Made by a program: the position numbers and the translations under genes. The notes under the pieces are model-generated. The model made no database searches. It saw nothing but the letters and a program-made list of their open reading frames with translations, and had not been told where the DNA came from. Below are positions 1 through 8,116 of a stretch of DNA of 32,000 bases, one piece after another. Source of the DNA: Dickeya dadantii NCPPB 898 (GTDB taxonomy: Bacteria > Pseudomonadota > Gammaproteobacteria > Enterobacterales > Enterobacteriaceae); contig NZ_CM001976.1 in NCBI RefSeq assembly GCF_000406145.1, positions 3,864,955 to 3,896,954 of the forward strand, written 5' to 3'. Each line of letters starts with the position of its first letter. The first letter of the stretch is position 1.

Positions 1-10
1 ATACGCTCAT
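1..10 (-). CDS. First codons only of the gene downstream of the PTS beta-glucoside permease. By arb/bgl operon analogy this is possibly a phospho-beta-glucosidase.
   Basis: The minus strand reads GGGAGAGAAGAAAAC-ATG-AGC-GTA. An SD-like GGGAGA lies 15 nt after the arbF-like stop. Only 10 nt are in the window, so the product is pure operon analogy. Confidence 0.25.
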
Positions 11-25
11 GTTTTCTTCTCTCCC

Positions 26-1924
26 TCAGGCCGCCGCAGCGGTCAGTTTCATCAAGGCGTCGCGCGAGTGGACGTCGCCGTTCAGCAACGGGCGCACCTC
101 GCCATAACATTCGGTATTGGTGACAATGACGATCACGCTGGGGTCGATGCCTTCCGCCAGCAGCGCCGGCAGGTCGAAACTCACCAGCGGTTCGCCGACT
201 TCCACCATCTGCCCAGGCTGGGCGCGACGGATAAAGTGGCGGCCGCCGAGCTTGACGGTGTCGATGCCGATGTGGATCAGCACCTCGGCGCCGGTGTCGC
301 TTTTGAGCGTCAGCGCGTGATGAGTGTCGAATATCGACTCGATGCGTCCATTAACCGGCGACAGCAGTTCGCCGCTTTCCGGGTAGATGGCGATCCCCTT
401 GCCGAACACTTCCCCAGCGAACACCGGGTCGCTGAGGCTCTCCAGCGACACCACCCGCCCAGCTACCGGCGCGAACAGCTTTTCGTTATGGAACAGCTTT
501 TCGTTATGGCCGCTCAGCGCCACCGGCGCGGCCGGCATCACCGTCTGCCCGTCGCGGGGAATGGCGGCTTTTTCCGGGTGCTCCTCAAACCCGAGCACGC
601 AGGTCATCACCGTTGCCGTGGTGAAGGAAATCGCCATGCTGGCCAGCGCGTACAGAAAGGTCGGCCCTACCAGAGCGGGCAGCCCCGGCAGCCCGCTCAG
701 GGCAAAAGCGTAGGTTTTCACGCCGAAGAACATGGCGAACGCGCCGCCGCAGGCGCCGCCAATCAACGCGGCGGCGAACGGACGTTTGAAACGGATATTG
801 ACGCCGTACATCGCCGGTTCGGTGATGCCCATCGTGGCGGTCAGGCTGGTGGACAACGCCAGCGATTTGGTTTTCTTGTCACGGGCGCGCAGGAACACGC
901 CGAACGCCGCCCCCGCCTGCCCCATGTTGGCGATGTAGAAGATGATCTTGAACGGATCGAACCCCATCTTGCTGATGTTGTTGATCATGATCGGAATCAG
1001 CACATAGTGCATACCAGTGATGATGATCATCGACAGCGTGCCGCCCAGAATCAGCCCGGCGAGAATGCCCATGTTATCCACCAGCCAGACGATGCCGGTA
1101 GAGAGGTGGTTGCCGACGAGGATGCCGAGCGGACCGATGGCGATCAACATGACTGGCGCGACGATCAACAGCGTCAGCAGCGGCACGAACATGGTTTTCA
1201 GCGCGCCGGGCATGATGCGGTCGATACGGCGCTCCACCCAGGACATCAGCCACACCGCCAGCAGAATCGGGATCACCGACGAGGCGTAGGACACCGGCGA
1301 CACCGGCAGCCCGAGAAAGGTAATCTCGCCGCCGCCTTGAAACAGCTTCATCAGGGTGGGATGCAGCAGCGTGGCCGCCAGCGCCACCGCCACATACGGA
1401 TTACAGCCAAACTTGTGGGCGGCGCTGAACGCCAGCACCAGCGGCATGAAGTAAAAAATGCCGTCGCTGATGGCGGACAGGATCAGGTAGGTCTGGTTGG
1501 TGTTGGATACCCACTGCAACGCCACCAGTAACGACAGGATCCCTTTGAGGATACCGGCGCCGGCGATGGCCGGGATCACCGGCGAGAAGATACTGGAAAA
1601 CGCCTCCAGCAGCGCCGAGACAGGGTGGCGCGGCCGCCCGGTTTCCGGGGCGTCGGCGGTCTGGCTCGCCAACCGCGGATACTGCCGTATCAACGCCCGG
1701 TAGACATCCGCCACTTCGTTGCCGATGATCACCTGAAACTGTTCGCCGGCGACATTAATACCAATTACCCCGTCTAATGCTTCCAACTGGGCGCGATCGA
1801 TACGTTGCGCTTCATGCAAATAAAAACGCAGGCGGGTAATACAATGAAAAACCTGTCGGATATTTCCATCTCCGCCGACAAGCGCCACAATTTTCTTTGC
1901 AGTCTCCTGATAATTAACTGACAT
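26..1924 (-). CDS. arbF: PTS beta-glucoside-specific EIIBCA permease (BglF/ArbF family)
   Basis: 632-aa ORF. The N-terminal EIIB motif is HCITRLRF (phosphorylatable Cys). A long polytopic EIIC core follows, then a C-terminal EIIA-Glc-like domain (GIDTVKLGG...F). It aligns well with remembered E. coli BglF. It lies downstream of a BglG-type antiterminator. Confidence 0.9.
   Translation of the reverse strand: MSVNYQETAKKIVALVGGDGNIRQVFHCITRLRFYLHEAQRIDRAQLEALDGVIGINVAGEQFQVIIGNEVADVYRALIRQYPRLASQTADAPETGRPRHPVSALLEAFSSIFSPVIPAIAGAGILKGILSLLVALQWVSNTNQTYLILSAISDGIFYFMPLVLAFSAAHKFGCNPYVAVALAATLLHPTLMKLFQGGGEITFLGLPVSPVSYASSVIPILLAVWLMSWVERRIDRIMPGALKTMFVPLLTLLIVAPVMLIAIGPLGILVGNHLSTGIVWLVDNMGILAGLILGGTLSMIIITGMHYVLIPIMINNISKMGFDPFKIIFYIANMGQAGAAFGVFLRARDKKTKSLALSTSLTATMGITEPAMYGVNIRFKRPFAAALIGGACGGAFAMFFGVKTYAFALSGLPGLPALVGPTFLYALASMAISFTTATVMTCVLGFEEHPEKAAIPRDGQTVMPAAPVALSGHNEKLFHNEKLFAPVAGRVVSLESLSDPVFAGEVFGKGIAIYPESGELLSPVNGRIESIFDTHHALTLKSDTGAEVLIHIGIDTVKLGGRHFIRRAQPGQMVEVGEPLVSFDLPALLAEGIDPSVIVIVTNTECYGEVRPLLNGDVHSRDALMKLTAAAA
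473..508. repeat. Perfect 18-bp tandem duplication (2 x gaacagcttttcgttatg) inside the arbF-like gene
   Basis: Copies at 473-490 and 491-508 are identical. The duplication is in frame and gives HNEKLF-HNEKLF in the IIC-IIA linker. Confidence 0.9.
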
Positions 1925-2040
1925 GGCAATTCCTCTTTCCAGAAAGAAATCTTACGATTTCCGCAACAACCGCCCGGTATTTACCGTAGCGCCTTGTTCC
2001 TCTGGGGTTTGCCTGCGTCAGCGGACATTGCCTCGTCTCC

Positions 2041-2068
2041 GGCTAATCGCCGCTGCCAGTAACAAGCC
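2041..2068 (-). promoter_or_regulatory. Second RAT-like (ribonucleic antiterminator) element between the antiterminator and permease genes
   Basis: The minus strand reads GGCTTGTTACTGGCAGCGGCGATTAGCC. It shares the GGnTTGTTAC core with the leader RAT at 3089-3115 and with the remembered bgl RAT consensus. No clean downstream U-tract terminator was identified. Confidence 0.45.
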
Positions 2069-2123
2069 TATTCGGAATGATTTATACCCTTAATGCTTCA
2101 AGTTGCAGTCGTGTTGGCTGCGT

Positions 2124-3002
2124 TCAAATCGGCTCATGCTGATTTGTCCCGCAACTCGAATTATTTTGGGTAAGACGATGAATCATATTATCGATATGAA
2201 TGGTCAGATAGAGTTTCTCCGAATTGGTCATGGTGTGTTGGTAATTTTTTTTGATAAAGGTATTGATGGCTTCCACACAGCCCAGCGTTTTTTGATAGCG
2301 TTGCTGAACCATGGTAAATAAATCGCCGTCGTCATTATCCAGCGAGGTGCCCTCCACCACCCGCTGAGAAAAAAACTTCAGGTGGGTAATGAAGCGGTGA
2401 TAATTGCCGTTGCTTTCATCCAGCGGCACCTGAAAATAATATTTGACGATATTCTGCACCTGATAAATCAGCTGCGTAATCTGCTTCATATTACCGATAT
2501 TATCGCCAAGCTCGGCATTGACGATATGCAGCGCAATACTGCATGCCTCATCTTCCGGCAGGTTGATGCCCAGCGTTTGCCGTATCAATGCGAGCGCCTG
2601 CTCCGCCACGGCATACTCTTGCTTGTAGAAGTGGCGCACTTCCCAGTGCAGCGGGTTCTGAATCAGGGTGCCGTTACGCTGACACTGTAGGGCAAACGCG
2701 AGGTGATCGGCCAGCGTGACATAAATGCCTTCGCTCAGTTTCTGCTGTAATTGCTTTTTCACCGTTTCGACAATATCGCTGGTCAGTTGCAATATTTCCA
2801 ACGGGACTTCCTGCGCCAGGTCCTTAAAACGGGCGAAAATGGCGTTATCCTGCAAACGGAATATTTTCTCCACTCGCGGCATTTCCACATCCTGCCCGGT
2901 TCGGGAATGAAAACCCAATCCGCAGCCGGTCAAGATAAGCTCCTGCCCCTGATTGTCGATCACGCTGACCACATTATTATTCAGGACTTGAGTTATCTTC
3001 AT
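2124..3002 (-). CDS. arbG: BglG/ArbG-family transcription antiterminator (CAT RNA-binding domain + two PRDs)
   Basis: The N-terminus from the ATG at 3002 is MKITQVLNNNVVSVIDNQGQELILTGCGLGF, a typical CAT domain. The ORF-track start at 3032 adds 10 unlikely residues. The gene sits upstream of the PTS permease and downstream of the RAT/terminator. Confidence 0.9.
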   Translation of the reverse strand: MKITQVLNNNVVSVIDNQGQELILTGCGLGFHSRTGQDVEMPRVEKIFRLQDNAIFARFKDLAQEVPLEILQLTSDIVETVKKQLQQKLSEGIYVTLADHLAFALQCQRNGTLIQNPLHWEVRHFYKQEYAVAEQALALIRQTLGINLPEDEACSIALHIVNAELGDNIGNMKQITQLIYQVQNIVKYYFQVPLDESNGNYHRFITHLKFFSQRVVEGTSLDNDDGDLFTMVQQRYQKTLGCVEAINTFIKKNYQHTMTNSEKLYLTIHIDNMIHRLTQNNSSCGTNQHEPI

Positions 3003-3015
3003 CGCATCTCTCCTG

Positions 3016-3115
3016 AAAACAAAAACGGGCAAAACCTAAATACAGCAAACGGCGAAGTCAACCGACTTCATACTGTTGCTGCACTTATGTTTTGCCCGCC
3101 GAACGGTAACAAGCC
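3016..3115 (-). promoter_or_regulatory. Operon leader: RAT sequence overlapping a rho-independent terminator (BglG-type antitermination switch)
   Basis: Minus-strand RAT GGCTTGTTACCGTTCGGCGGGCAAAAC lies at 3115..3089. Its GGGCAAAAC 3' part can instead pair with GTTTTGCCC (3035..3027), which is followed by GTTTTTGTTTT (3026..3016). Confidence 0.7.
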
Positions 3116-3237
3116 TTATGCAATAATCAGAAACTATCACCCGCTATTTTGAGCGTCAATCGCGCCTCTGACAGGTGGAGGAATTTCTTCTTTATTTGTG
3201 ACAAGGGTATTATTTTCCCGCCTGCCGAAACGCAGGC

Positions 3238-3266
3238 AAAAAAAAACCTACGCATCCGCGTAGGTT
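3238..3266 (-). terminator. Rho-independent terminator on the minus strand, separating the lpxO-like gene from the arb operon
   Basis: The minus strand reads AACCTACGC-GGAT-GCGTAGGTT followed by a run of T (9 A on the plus strand, 3238-3246). A second small hairpin GCCTGC-N6-GCAGGC lies at 3221-3238. Confidence 0.6.
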
Positions 3267-3527
3267 GGTGCAATTTGAATGGTTCAATGTGGAGAACACA
3301 TCGATTTGTCACCCATCAATACCTCTGGGACTTGTTACTCTAAAGAGAGTCATCCCGAATCACTAGCGCAGAATCGAAAGATAAACGTTCGAAGTGCAAC
3401 CAACTGTAAAATTCTCGGGTGAGCTGTAATAAAGCCGTGAAAAACCGTGGTTATCGGGTAATTCGGCCGGTTTTTCCCGACCGATGCCGACCGAAATTCA
3501 ACCGGCGAAAACTGCCGTTCGAGCCGA

Positions 3528-4430
3528 CTATAACGCCAGCCAGATCAGCGCGGCGATACCGCCGAACAACGACCACTTCGCCAGATAGTAAACCGGCTTA
3601 TTCCAGCTTTTTAGCCGCTTGCCCACTTTTCTGATCGCATAGACATAGCGGAAGATCCGGTTGATTCCGCCGGTGCGATCCGCCTCGGTATTCGGTGCCG
3701 CCGCCGCGCTCATCAGATTGCGCCCCACCCAGTGATTCACCGCCTGCGCCCAGCGATAGCGCATCGGCCGTTCGATATCGCAAAACAGGATCAGCCGGTT
3801 CTGGCCGCTGGTGTTTTCCGCATAGTGGATATAGGTTTCGTCAAACAGCACACCTTCGCCATCCCGCCAGCTGTAGCGTTCGCCGTCGACCTCGATAAAG
3901 CAGCGATCGTCGTTGGGCGTCTTCAGCCCCAGATGGTAACGCAGCGAACCGGCGTACGGGTCGCGGTGGCGCGGCAAACGGCTGCCATCCGGCAGGGTGG
4001 CGAACATCGCCGCTTTTACCGACGGCAGCGAACGCAGCAACGCCGTGGTATTGGGGCACATCACACCCGCGGAGGGATGAGCATCCTCATACCATTTCAG
4101 GTAGAAGCGCTTCCAGCCGGTCTTGAAGAACGAGTTGAAACCGGCGTCGTTATAGCGATCCGACGCTTTGATTTCCTGCATCGTCAGCAGCATTTCCCCC
4201 TCTTCCCGGATCATCTGCCAGTTCTCCTGCAACACCGCCAGTTCAGGGAAATGGCCGGGCTTGAGATACGGCGTCACCGGAACGCGGGAAAACAAGTACA
4301 TAAAACCGTTGAGCGGCGCGGTAAAGGTCGAGTGGTCCGACAGTTGGCGCCAGAATTTATAGCGTACGCGACCACGAAAGTGGACATAGGCGACCGCCAG
4401 AATAAACACCATCAGAATGACATATTTCAT
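3528..4430 (-). CDS. lpxO: Aspartyl/asparaginyl beta-hydroxylase-family Fe(II)/2-oxoglutarate dioxygenase, LpxO-like (lipid A hydroxylase-like)
   Basis: 300 aa from the ATG at 4430 (MKYVILMVFILAVAYVHFRG...), with an N-terminal TM helix. His/Asp motif PRHRDPYAG and distal ETYIHYAEN are present. It resembles remembered Salmonella LpxO. The ORF-track start at 4562 is an unlikely extension. Confidence 0.7.
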   Translation of the reverse strand: MKYVILMVFILAVAYVHFRGRVRYKFWRQLSDHSTFTAPLNGFMYLFSRVPVTPYLKPGHFPELAVLQENWQMIREEGEMLLTMQEIKASDRYNDAGFNSFFKTGWKRFYLKWYEDAHPSAGVMCPNTTALLRSLPSVKAAMFATLPDGSRLPRHRDPYAGSLRYHLGLKTPNDDRCFIEVDGERYSWRDGEGVLFDETYIHYAENTSGQNRLILFCDIERPMRYRWAQAVNHWVGRNLMSAAAAPNTEADRTGGINRIFRYVYAIRKVGKRLKSWNKPVYYLAKWSLFGGIAALIWLAL

Positions 4431-4720
4431 GCAGTGACTTCCCTGAGAGCAATGAGCCCATCCTGCCCGTATATAAGAAACCGGCCTGCTGTCCGGCATT
4501 ATTCCCGATATCGGGCATCGCACCCGGTGCAGGATGACGGCTCGTTGAAGAAACACTCGCATAACCTATGGCAAACAATCTATTTACGCTTCACCAATAT
4601 TGCTGCCTGATGGCATATCACGACACGCCGGCGGTGAAAGTTGCGATCCCCGCCTCTTGCGGCTGCGGCCTAATTCCGTGACACTTTGGCAGTCGCTTGA
4701 TTCAGCGCACCATTTTCACA

Positions 4721-4873
4721 TTAAGAGCCTATCCCAGTAGGCGTTATTGGCGCAGCCAGTTTGGACTCGGACAGAGCGGAGAAACCGGAGCGTACAAATA
4801 GTACGTGAGGATTTCGAGCACTGCCCAGGGCCAAAATGGCAAGTGAAATAGCCCTAATGGGATAGGCTCTAAG
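4721..4873. repeat. MITE-like 147-bp intergenic element with terminal inverted repeats
   Basis: AGAGCCTATCCCA (4724-4736) is the perfect reverse complement of TGGGATAGGCTCT (4858-4870). The match extends imperfectly about 5 bp inward. A central mini-hairpin cgtac-aaata-gtacg (4791-4805) sits exactly at the element midpoint. The element is flanked by TTA/TAA. Confidence 0.5.
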
Positions 4874-4890
4874 AACAACAGGAAACCTCC

Positions 4891-5901
4891 ATGGCCACCA
4901 TTAAGGACGTCGCCAGGCTGGCAGGCGTGTCGGTCGCAACCGTGTCACGCGTCATCAACGATTCGCCGAAAGCCAGTGCACAGGCACGCAACGCGGTACT
5001 ACAGGCCATGCAGCAGTTGCAATACCACCCGAACGCCAACGCCCGCGCGCTGGCCCAGCAGTCCACCGAAACGCTGGGACTGGTGGTATCCGACGTGTCC
5101 GACCCGTTTTTCGGCACCATGGTCAAAGCGGTGGAGCAGGAAGCCTATCGCACCGGCAACTTTCTGTTGATTGGCAATGGTTACCATGTGGCGCACAAGG
5201 AGCGTCAGGCGATCGAACAGCTGATTCGCCACCGCTGCGCGGCGCTGGTGGTCCACGCCAAGATGCTGCCGGATGAAGAGCTCACCCAACTGATGGAACA
5301 GATTCCGGGCATGGTGCTGATCAACCGCATCCTGCCGGGTTATGAAACACGCTGTGTGGCGCTGGATAACCGCTACGGCGCCTGGCTGGCGACCCGACAC
5401 CTGATCCTGCAAGGGCACCGCCAGATCGGCATCCTGTGCTCCAACCACGCCATCTCCGACGCCGATGACCGTCTGGCCGGTTACCGCAACGCGCTGGCCG
5501 AACACGCGATTCCGCTGGATGAGCAGTTGATCGCCTACGGCGAACCGGACGAAAGCGGCGGCGAGGCCGCGATGATCACGCTGCTGGAACGCGGCCGCCC
5601 GCTGACCGCGCTGACCTGCTACAACGACCCGATGGCCGCCGGCGCGCTGGCGGTGCTGAGCGATAACGGTATCGAGGTGCCGCGGGATATGTCGCTGATC
5701 GGCTTCGATGACGTGCTGCTGTCGCGCTACCTGCGCCCGCGTCTGACCACCATCCGCTACCCGATTACCGCCATGGCGACGCAGGCGGCGCAGATCGCGC
5801 TGGCGCTGGCCAACGACACGCCGTTGCCCAACGCCATCAACCTGTTCCACCCGACGCTCATTCGCCGGCATTCGGTCGCCGGTTTGAATAATGGGCGTTA
5901 G
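4891..5901 (+). CDS. galR: LacI-family galactose repressor GalR
   Basis: 336 aa. MATIKDVARLAGVSVATVSRVIN...YHPNANARALAQQ is near-identical to remembered E. coli GalR over the HTH, with similarity along the whole length. It neighbours lysA-lysR as in E. coli, but an accessory block intervenes here. Confidence 0.9.
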   Translation: MATIKDVARLAGVSVATVSRVINDSPKASAQARNAVLQAMQQLQYHPNANARALAQQSTETLGLVVSDVSDPFFGTMVKAVEQEAYRTGNFLLIGNGYHVAHKERQAIEQLIRHRCAALVVHAKMLPDEELTQLMEQIPGMVLINRILPGYETRCVALDNRYGAWLATRHLILQGHRQIGILCSNHAISDADDRLAGYRNALAEHAIPLDEQLIAYGEPDESGGEAAMITLLERGRPLTALTCYNDPMAAGALAVLSDNGIEVPRDMSLIGFDDVLLSRYLRPRLTTIRYPITAMATQAAQIALALANDTPLPNAINLFHPTLIRRHSVAGLNNGR

Positions 5902-6155
5902 TGATGCATCAAGAGCGGTTAACAAACAGCAGTGTTATCTTGCAGGGGGATGCTGCTGACAACGATCCATCCTGTTATTAGCTGTTTCGATGAGCGTGAC
6001 CACTATGCTGACGATTACCGAAGGTCGGAAACGCTACTTTACGCCGGAACTGAATAAAGGAAATAGATCAACAAACAGAAGTTCAAATTGTACAAACAGA
6101 ACCAGCCCAAGGTTTATGATGAATATGTTTTTAATGTATGAGACCTAAATTTTCG

Positions 6156-6941
6156 TCACAGCTCTCTATTCATTTTAAATGATCGATACTTTTGAGCAAC
6201 GGCTATATCTGTGTATTCACCATCAACGCAGTTTTCTATACTCTGACCATCTAAACCTCGAATACCATTTATAGATTCACCCCAAAGCTTTCTATCCCGA
6301 ATGCCATCTATAAACTGACATAAGTAGTTATCCAAAAGCCCTTTTGATGGGGATTCAATTTCAGCGCTTAAGGCTCTTAAATAATCCACTTTATTGGTTA
6401 TAGACCAATCAATCGAGAAGCCTGCTCGATGACAAAGCTCATTGTGAATAATCAGCATAGTACGTCCATTCCCATCAAGAAATGGATGCCCATAAGCAAA
6501 AAAACCCATAACTTCACCGGGGCGCTGACGCATCGATTCTGCATTCTGTCCAAGACGCAAGCCCTGCTCAATAGCTAATCGCGCATCATGAGGATGGCAG
6601 AACATCGTATCAGCTTTAGATACCGCACAATTAGGAGCAGTCATCGCACGGTCTTGACCAGCCCACGGATAGAATGCTTCGAATAATATCCGATGAACTT
6701 CCAAGAAATCTTCATAACAGAGGACGTCTCTTCCCGCTAAGTAAGCTAAAGCTTCATCTAAACCAGCACGAAACATTGTGTGTTCAAGTTGACGAACAAT
6801 TGCCGGGTCTTTTTCACCATAATGGTTACGTAAATAACCGGCTTGCTCAAAATCATTAAACGGATCAAACACTTTGTTTTTGTTCTCGTAAGTAATTAAC
6901 TGACAATATCGCGACTTCTTGCTTAGTGATTTTTCCCGCAC
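6156..6941 (-). CDS. Fic-domain protein (Fido superfamily) with a variant active-site motif
   Basis: Codons at 6488..6453 read directly as HPFLDGNGRTML. This matches the Fic signature HxFx(D/E)GNGRxxR except for the last Arg. The upstream region ...FLEVHRILFEAFYPWAGQDR... resembles the VbhT/Bep/E. coli Fic class. The start is either the ATG at 6941 (77-nt overlap with the upstream gene) or the GTG at 6872 (8-nt overlap). Confidence 0.8.
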   Translation of the reverse strand: MREKSLSKKSRYCQLITYENKNKVFDPFNDFEQAGYLRNHYGEKDPAIVRQLEHTMFRAGLDEALAYLAGRDVLCYEDFLEVHRILFEAFYPWAGQDRAMTAPNCAVSKADTMFCHPHDARLAIEQGLRLGQNAESMRQRPGEVMGFFAYGHPFLDGNGRTMLIIHNELCHRAGFSIDWSITNKVDYLRALSAEIESPSKGLLDNYLCQFIDGIRDRKLWGESINGIRGLDGQSIENCVDGEYTDIAVAQKYRSFKMNREL

Positions 6942-7533
6942 GTTTTAAGGCGACAAGTAGATCTTCGACGGCATCATGTACCACTTCATCACCAGCTAAA
7001 CGAGTCACAGCATCAGCCCATTGATCCATCGCATTGTAGCAATAAGACACATTGTAATAACGAGCAAGCTCTGATACGTAACGAGCAACACCTTTAGTCG
7101 GAGGTGTCTTTGCCAATTTGAATGCTGTATTTTTAATACAAGACCTACGGCTATAACTACGAAAACAAATAGTATTACCATTGATGACAAGCTTGCGCTT
7201 AACTCTTGGCGCATCAACTTCAACAATGATCTCACCTTGAGAGGTATTTTCCTTAGCAAAGGATAAGTCTTTTCGGTGAAGCGGGAAGCCTAACTTGTCG
7301 GCTACTTCACGAATGATAACATCGAGACTACCCTGTGCTTTTACATCATTCCCCTCCCTTTTGGCTTTAGCGTAAATCCCTAGAGAAAGGCGAAGAAGTA
7401 CACCATTCTCCACTAACACATTCAATACATGTGTAACTTGGGTCTTGCTTCCCAATTGAGCGAGATCAGAACGAGATAATACAACTCCACGACGATGTTG
7501 AATCGACTGGCGTATACGAGTTTCGAGTTTCAT
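6865..7533 (-). CDS. Hypothetical protein with an AbiEi-like N-terminal winged-helix domain and an unassigned C-terminal domain; candidate antitoxin/regulator of the Fic gene
   Basis: 222 aa from the ATG at 7533, preceded by GGGGAGG. The ORF-track start at 7599 has no SD. The N-terminus VVLSRSDLAQLGSKTQVTHVLNVLVENGVLLRLSLGIYAKAK fits the remembered AbiEi/DUF6088 pattern (...G.L.R...G.Y). The stop overlaps the Fic ORF. Confidence 0.55.
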   Translation of the reverse strand: MKLETRIRQSIQHRRGVVLSRSDLAQLGSKTQVTHVLNVLVENGVLLRLSLGIYAKAKREGNDVKAQGSLDVIIREVADKLGFPLHRKDLSFAKENTSQGEIIVEVDAPRVKRKLVINGNTICFRSYSRRSCIKNTAFKLAKTPPTKGVARYVSELARYYNVSYCYNAMDQWADAVTRLAGDEVVHDAVEDLLVALKRAGKITKQEVAILSVNYLREQKQSV

Positions 7534-7821
7534 AAAAGCCTCCCCAATAAAGCTCCTTATCATCCTAACAAGAAAATCTATTTCTTTCAATTTTCTCATT
7601 TATTTACAATCAATTAGATTGCATTCAAGCACTTACTAACCGACATCTATTGTTAAATATAATTGCAATCATCGACCATATATAAGTGGCTGTTTTGGTT
7701 GTTACCCTAGATAGAATATTGCTTCCAAAGCCAAACACCATAGCGACTTGTTTTTGTGCTTCGATCGAATGAGTAAGATTCAATTAAGCAAGATATCGTA
7801 AAATTCAGAGGCCCTATCTAA

Positions 7822-7992
7822 AAAATTGAAATGCAAGGAGATGTTATCGAGATGGATGGCATAACATTCACGTCCTGAAAGCGGCCACTGGAGCGGAAAA
7901 AATATCCCGATGAACTTGAGGATCATGAGTTGGGTCGCTCTCGCGGCGGCTTTGGCACCAACATCCATCTGGCAACAGATAGTGCAGGATAA
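7822..7992 (+). mobile_element. Fragment of an IS5-family (IS427/IS1031-like) DDE transposase gene; a pseudogene with an internal stop, truncated at both ends
   Basis: The frame reads KIEMQGDVIEMDGITFTS*KRPLERKKYPDELEDHELGRSRGGFGTNIHLATDSAG*. GRSRGGxxTxIH is a hallmark of this transposase group. The fragment stops at the junction with the galR remnant. Confidence 0.6.
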
Positions 7993-8116
7993 CCGCTACG
8001 GTGCCTGACTGGCTACCGGGACGCGATGGCGACGCAGATGGCGTTGGCCAACGACACGCCGCTGCCCAACGCTAATCCGCCGGCATTCGGTCGCCAGTTT
8101 GAATAATGGGCGCTAA
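7984..8116 (+). pseudogene. galR: Decayed duplicate of the galR 3' end
   Basis: 7984-8017 matches 5361-5394 with about 4 mismatches in 34. 8025-8116 matches 5771-5901 with two internal deletions. The matching text is ...gatggcgacgcag...gccaacgacacgcc(g/t)(c/t)tgcccaacgc...cgccggcattcggtcgcc(a/g)gtttgaataatgggcg, ending in TAA versus TAG. Confidence 0.8.

Larger units (their letters stand above)
5939..7983. mobile_element. AT-rich accessory islet (Fic module + IS remnant) lying between two copies of the galR 3' end
   Basis: By eye there is a sharp drop in G+C relative to the flanks. One 60-nt row at 7621 is 20/60 G+C. The left side is bounded by the intact galR 3' end and the right side by its decayed duplicate (7984-8116). 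An IS5-family transposase fragment lies at the right edge. No integrase is present. Confidence 0.55.

Noticed and set aside
68-1531. 487-aa plus-strand ORF opposite the arbF-like gene. Similar long antisense ORFs occur at 3732-4610, 4999-5925, 10194-11321, 11384-12790, 13684-14511, 14602-15855, 16094-16780, 20123-21409, 25937-26659, 29582-30715 and 30763-31653.
   Set aside because: All lie antisense to genes with strong homology-type evidence. Their translations are low-complexity and rich in Arg/Gly/His/Gln, as expected of shadow ORFs in high-G+C DNA. None has a convincing SD or recognisable motifs.
4431-4720. Searched the lpxO-like upstream region for a PhoP box (direct TGTTTA repeats), because Salmonella lpxO-type lipid A genes are often envelope-stress regulated.
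   Set aside because: Only a single CAAACA/TTTACG pair in the wrong relative orientation was found (about 4573-4590). That is not a credible direct repeat.
5990-6147. 52-aa plus-strand ORF (MSVTTMLTITEGRKRYFTPELNKG...) at the left edge of the Fic islet. RKRYFTPE faintly recalls IS3-family OrfA N-termini.
   Set aside because: The similarity is a handful of residues. The remainder is low-complexity Asn/Ser/Thr. There is no HTH that I can recognise and no inverted repeat nearby.
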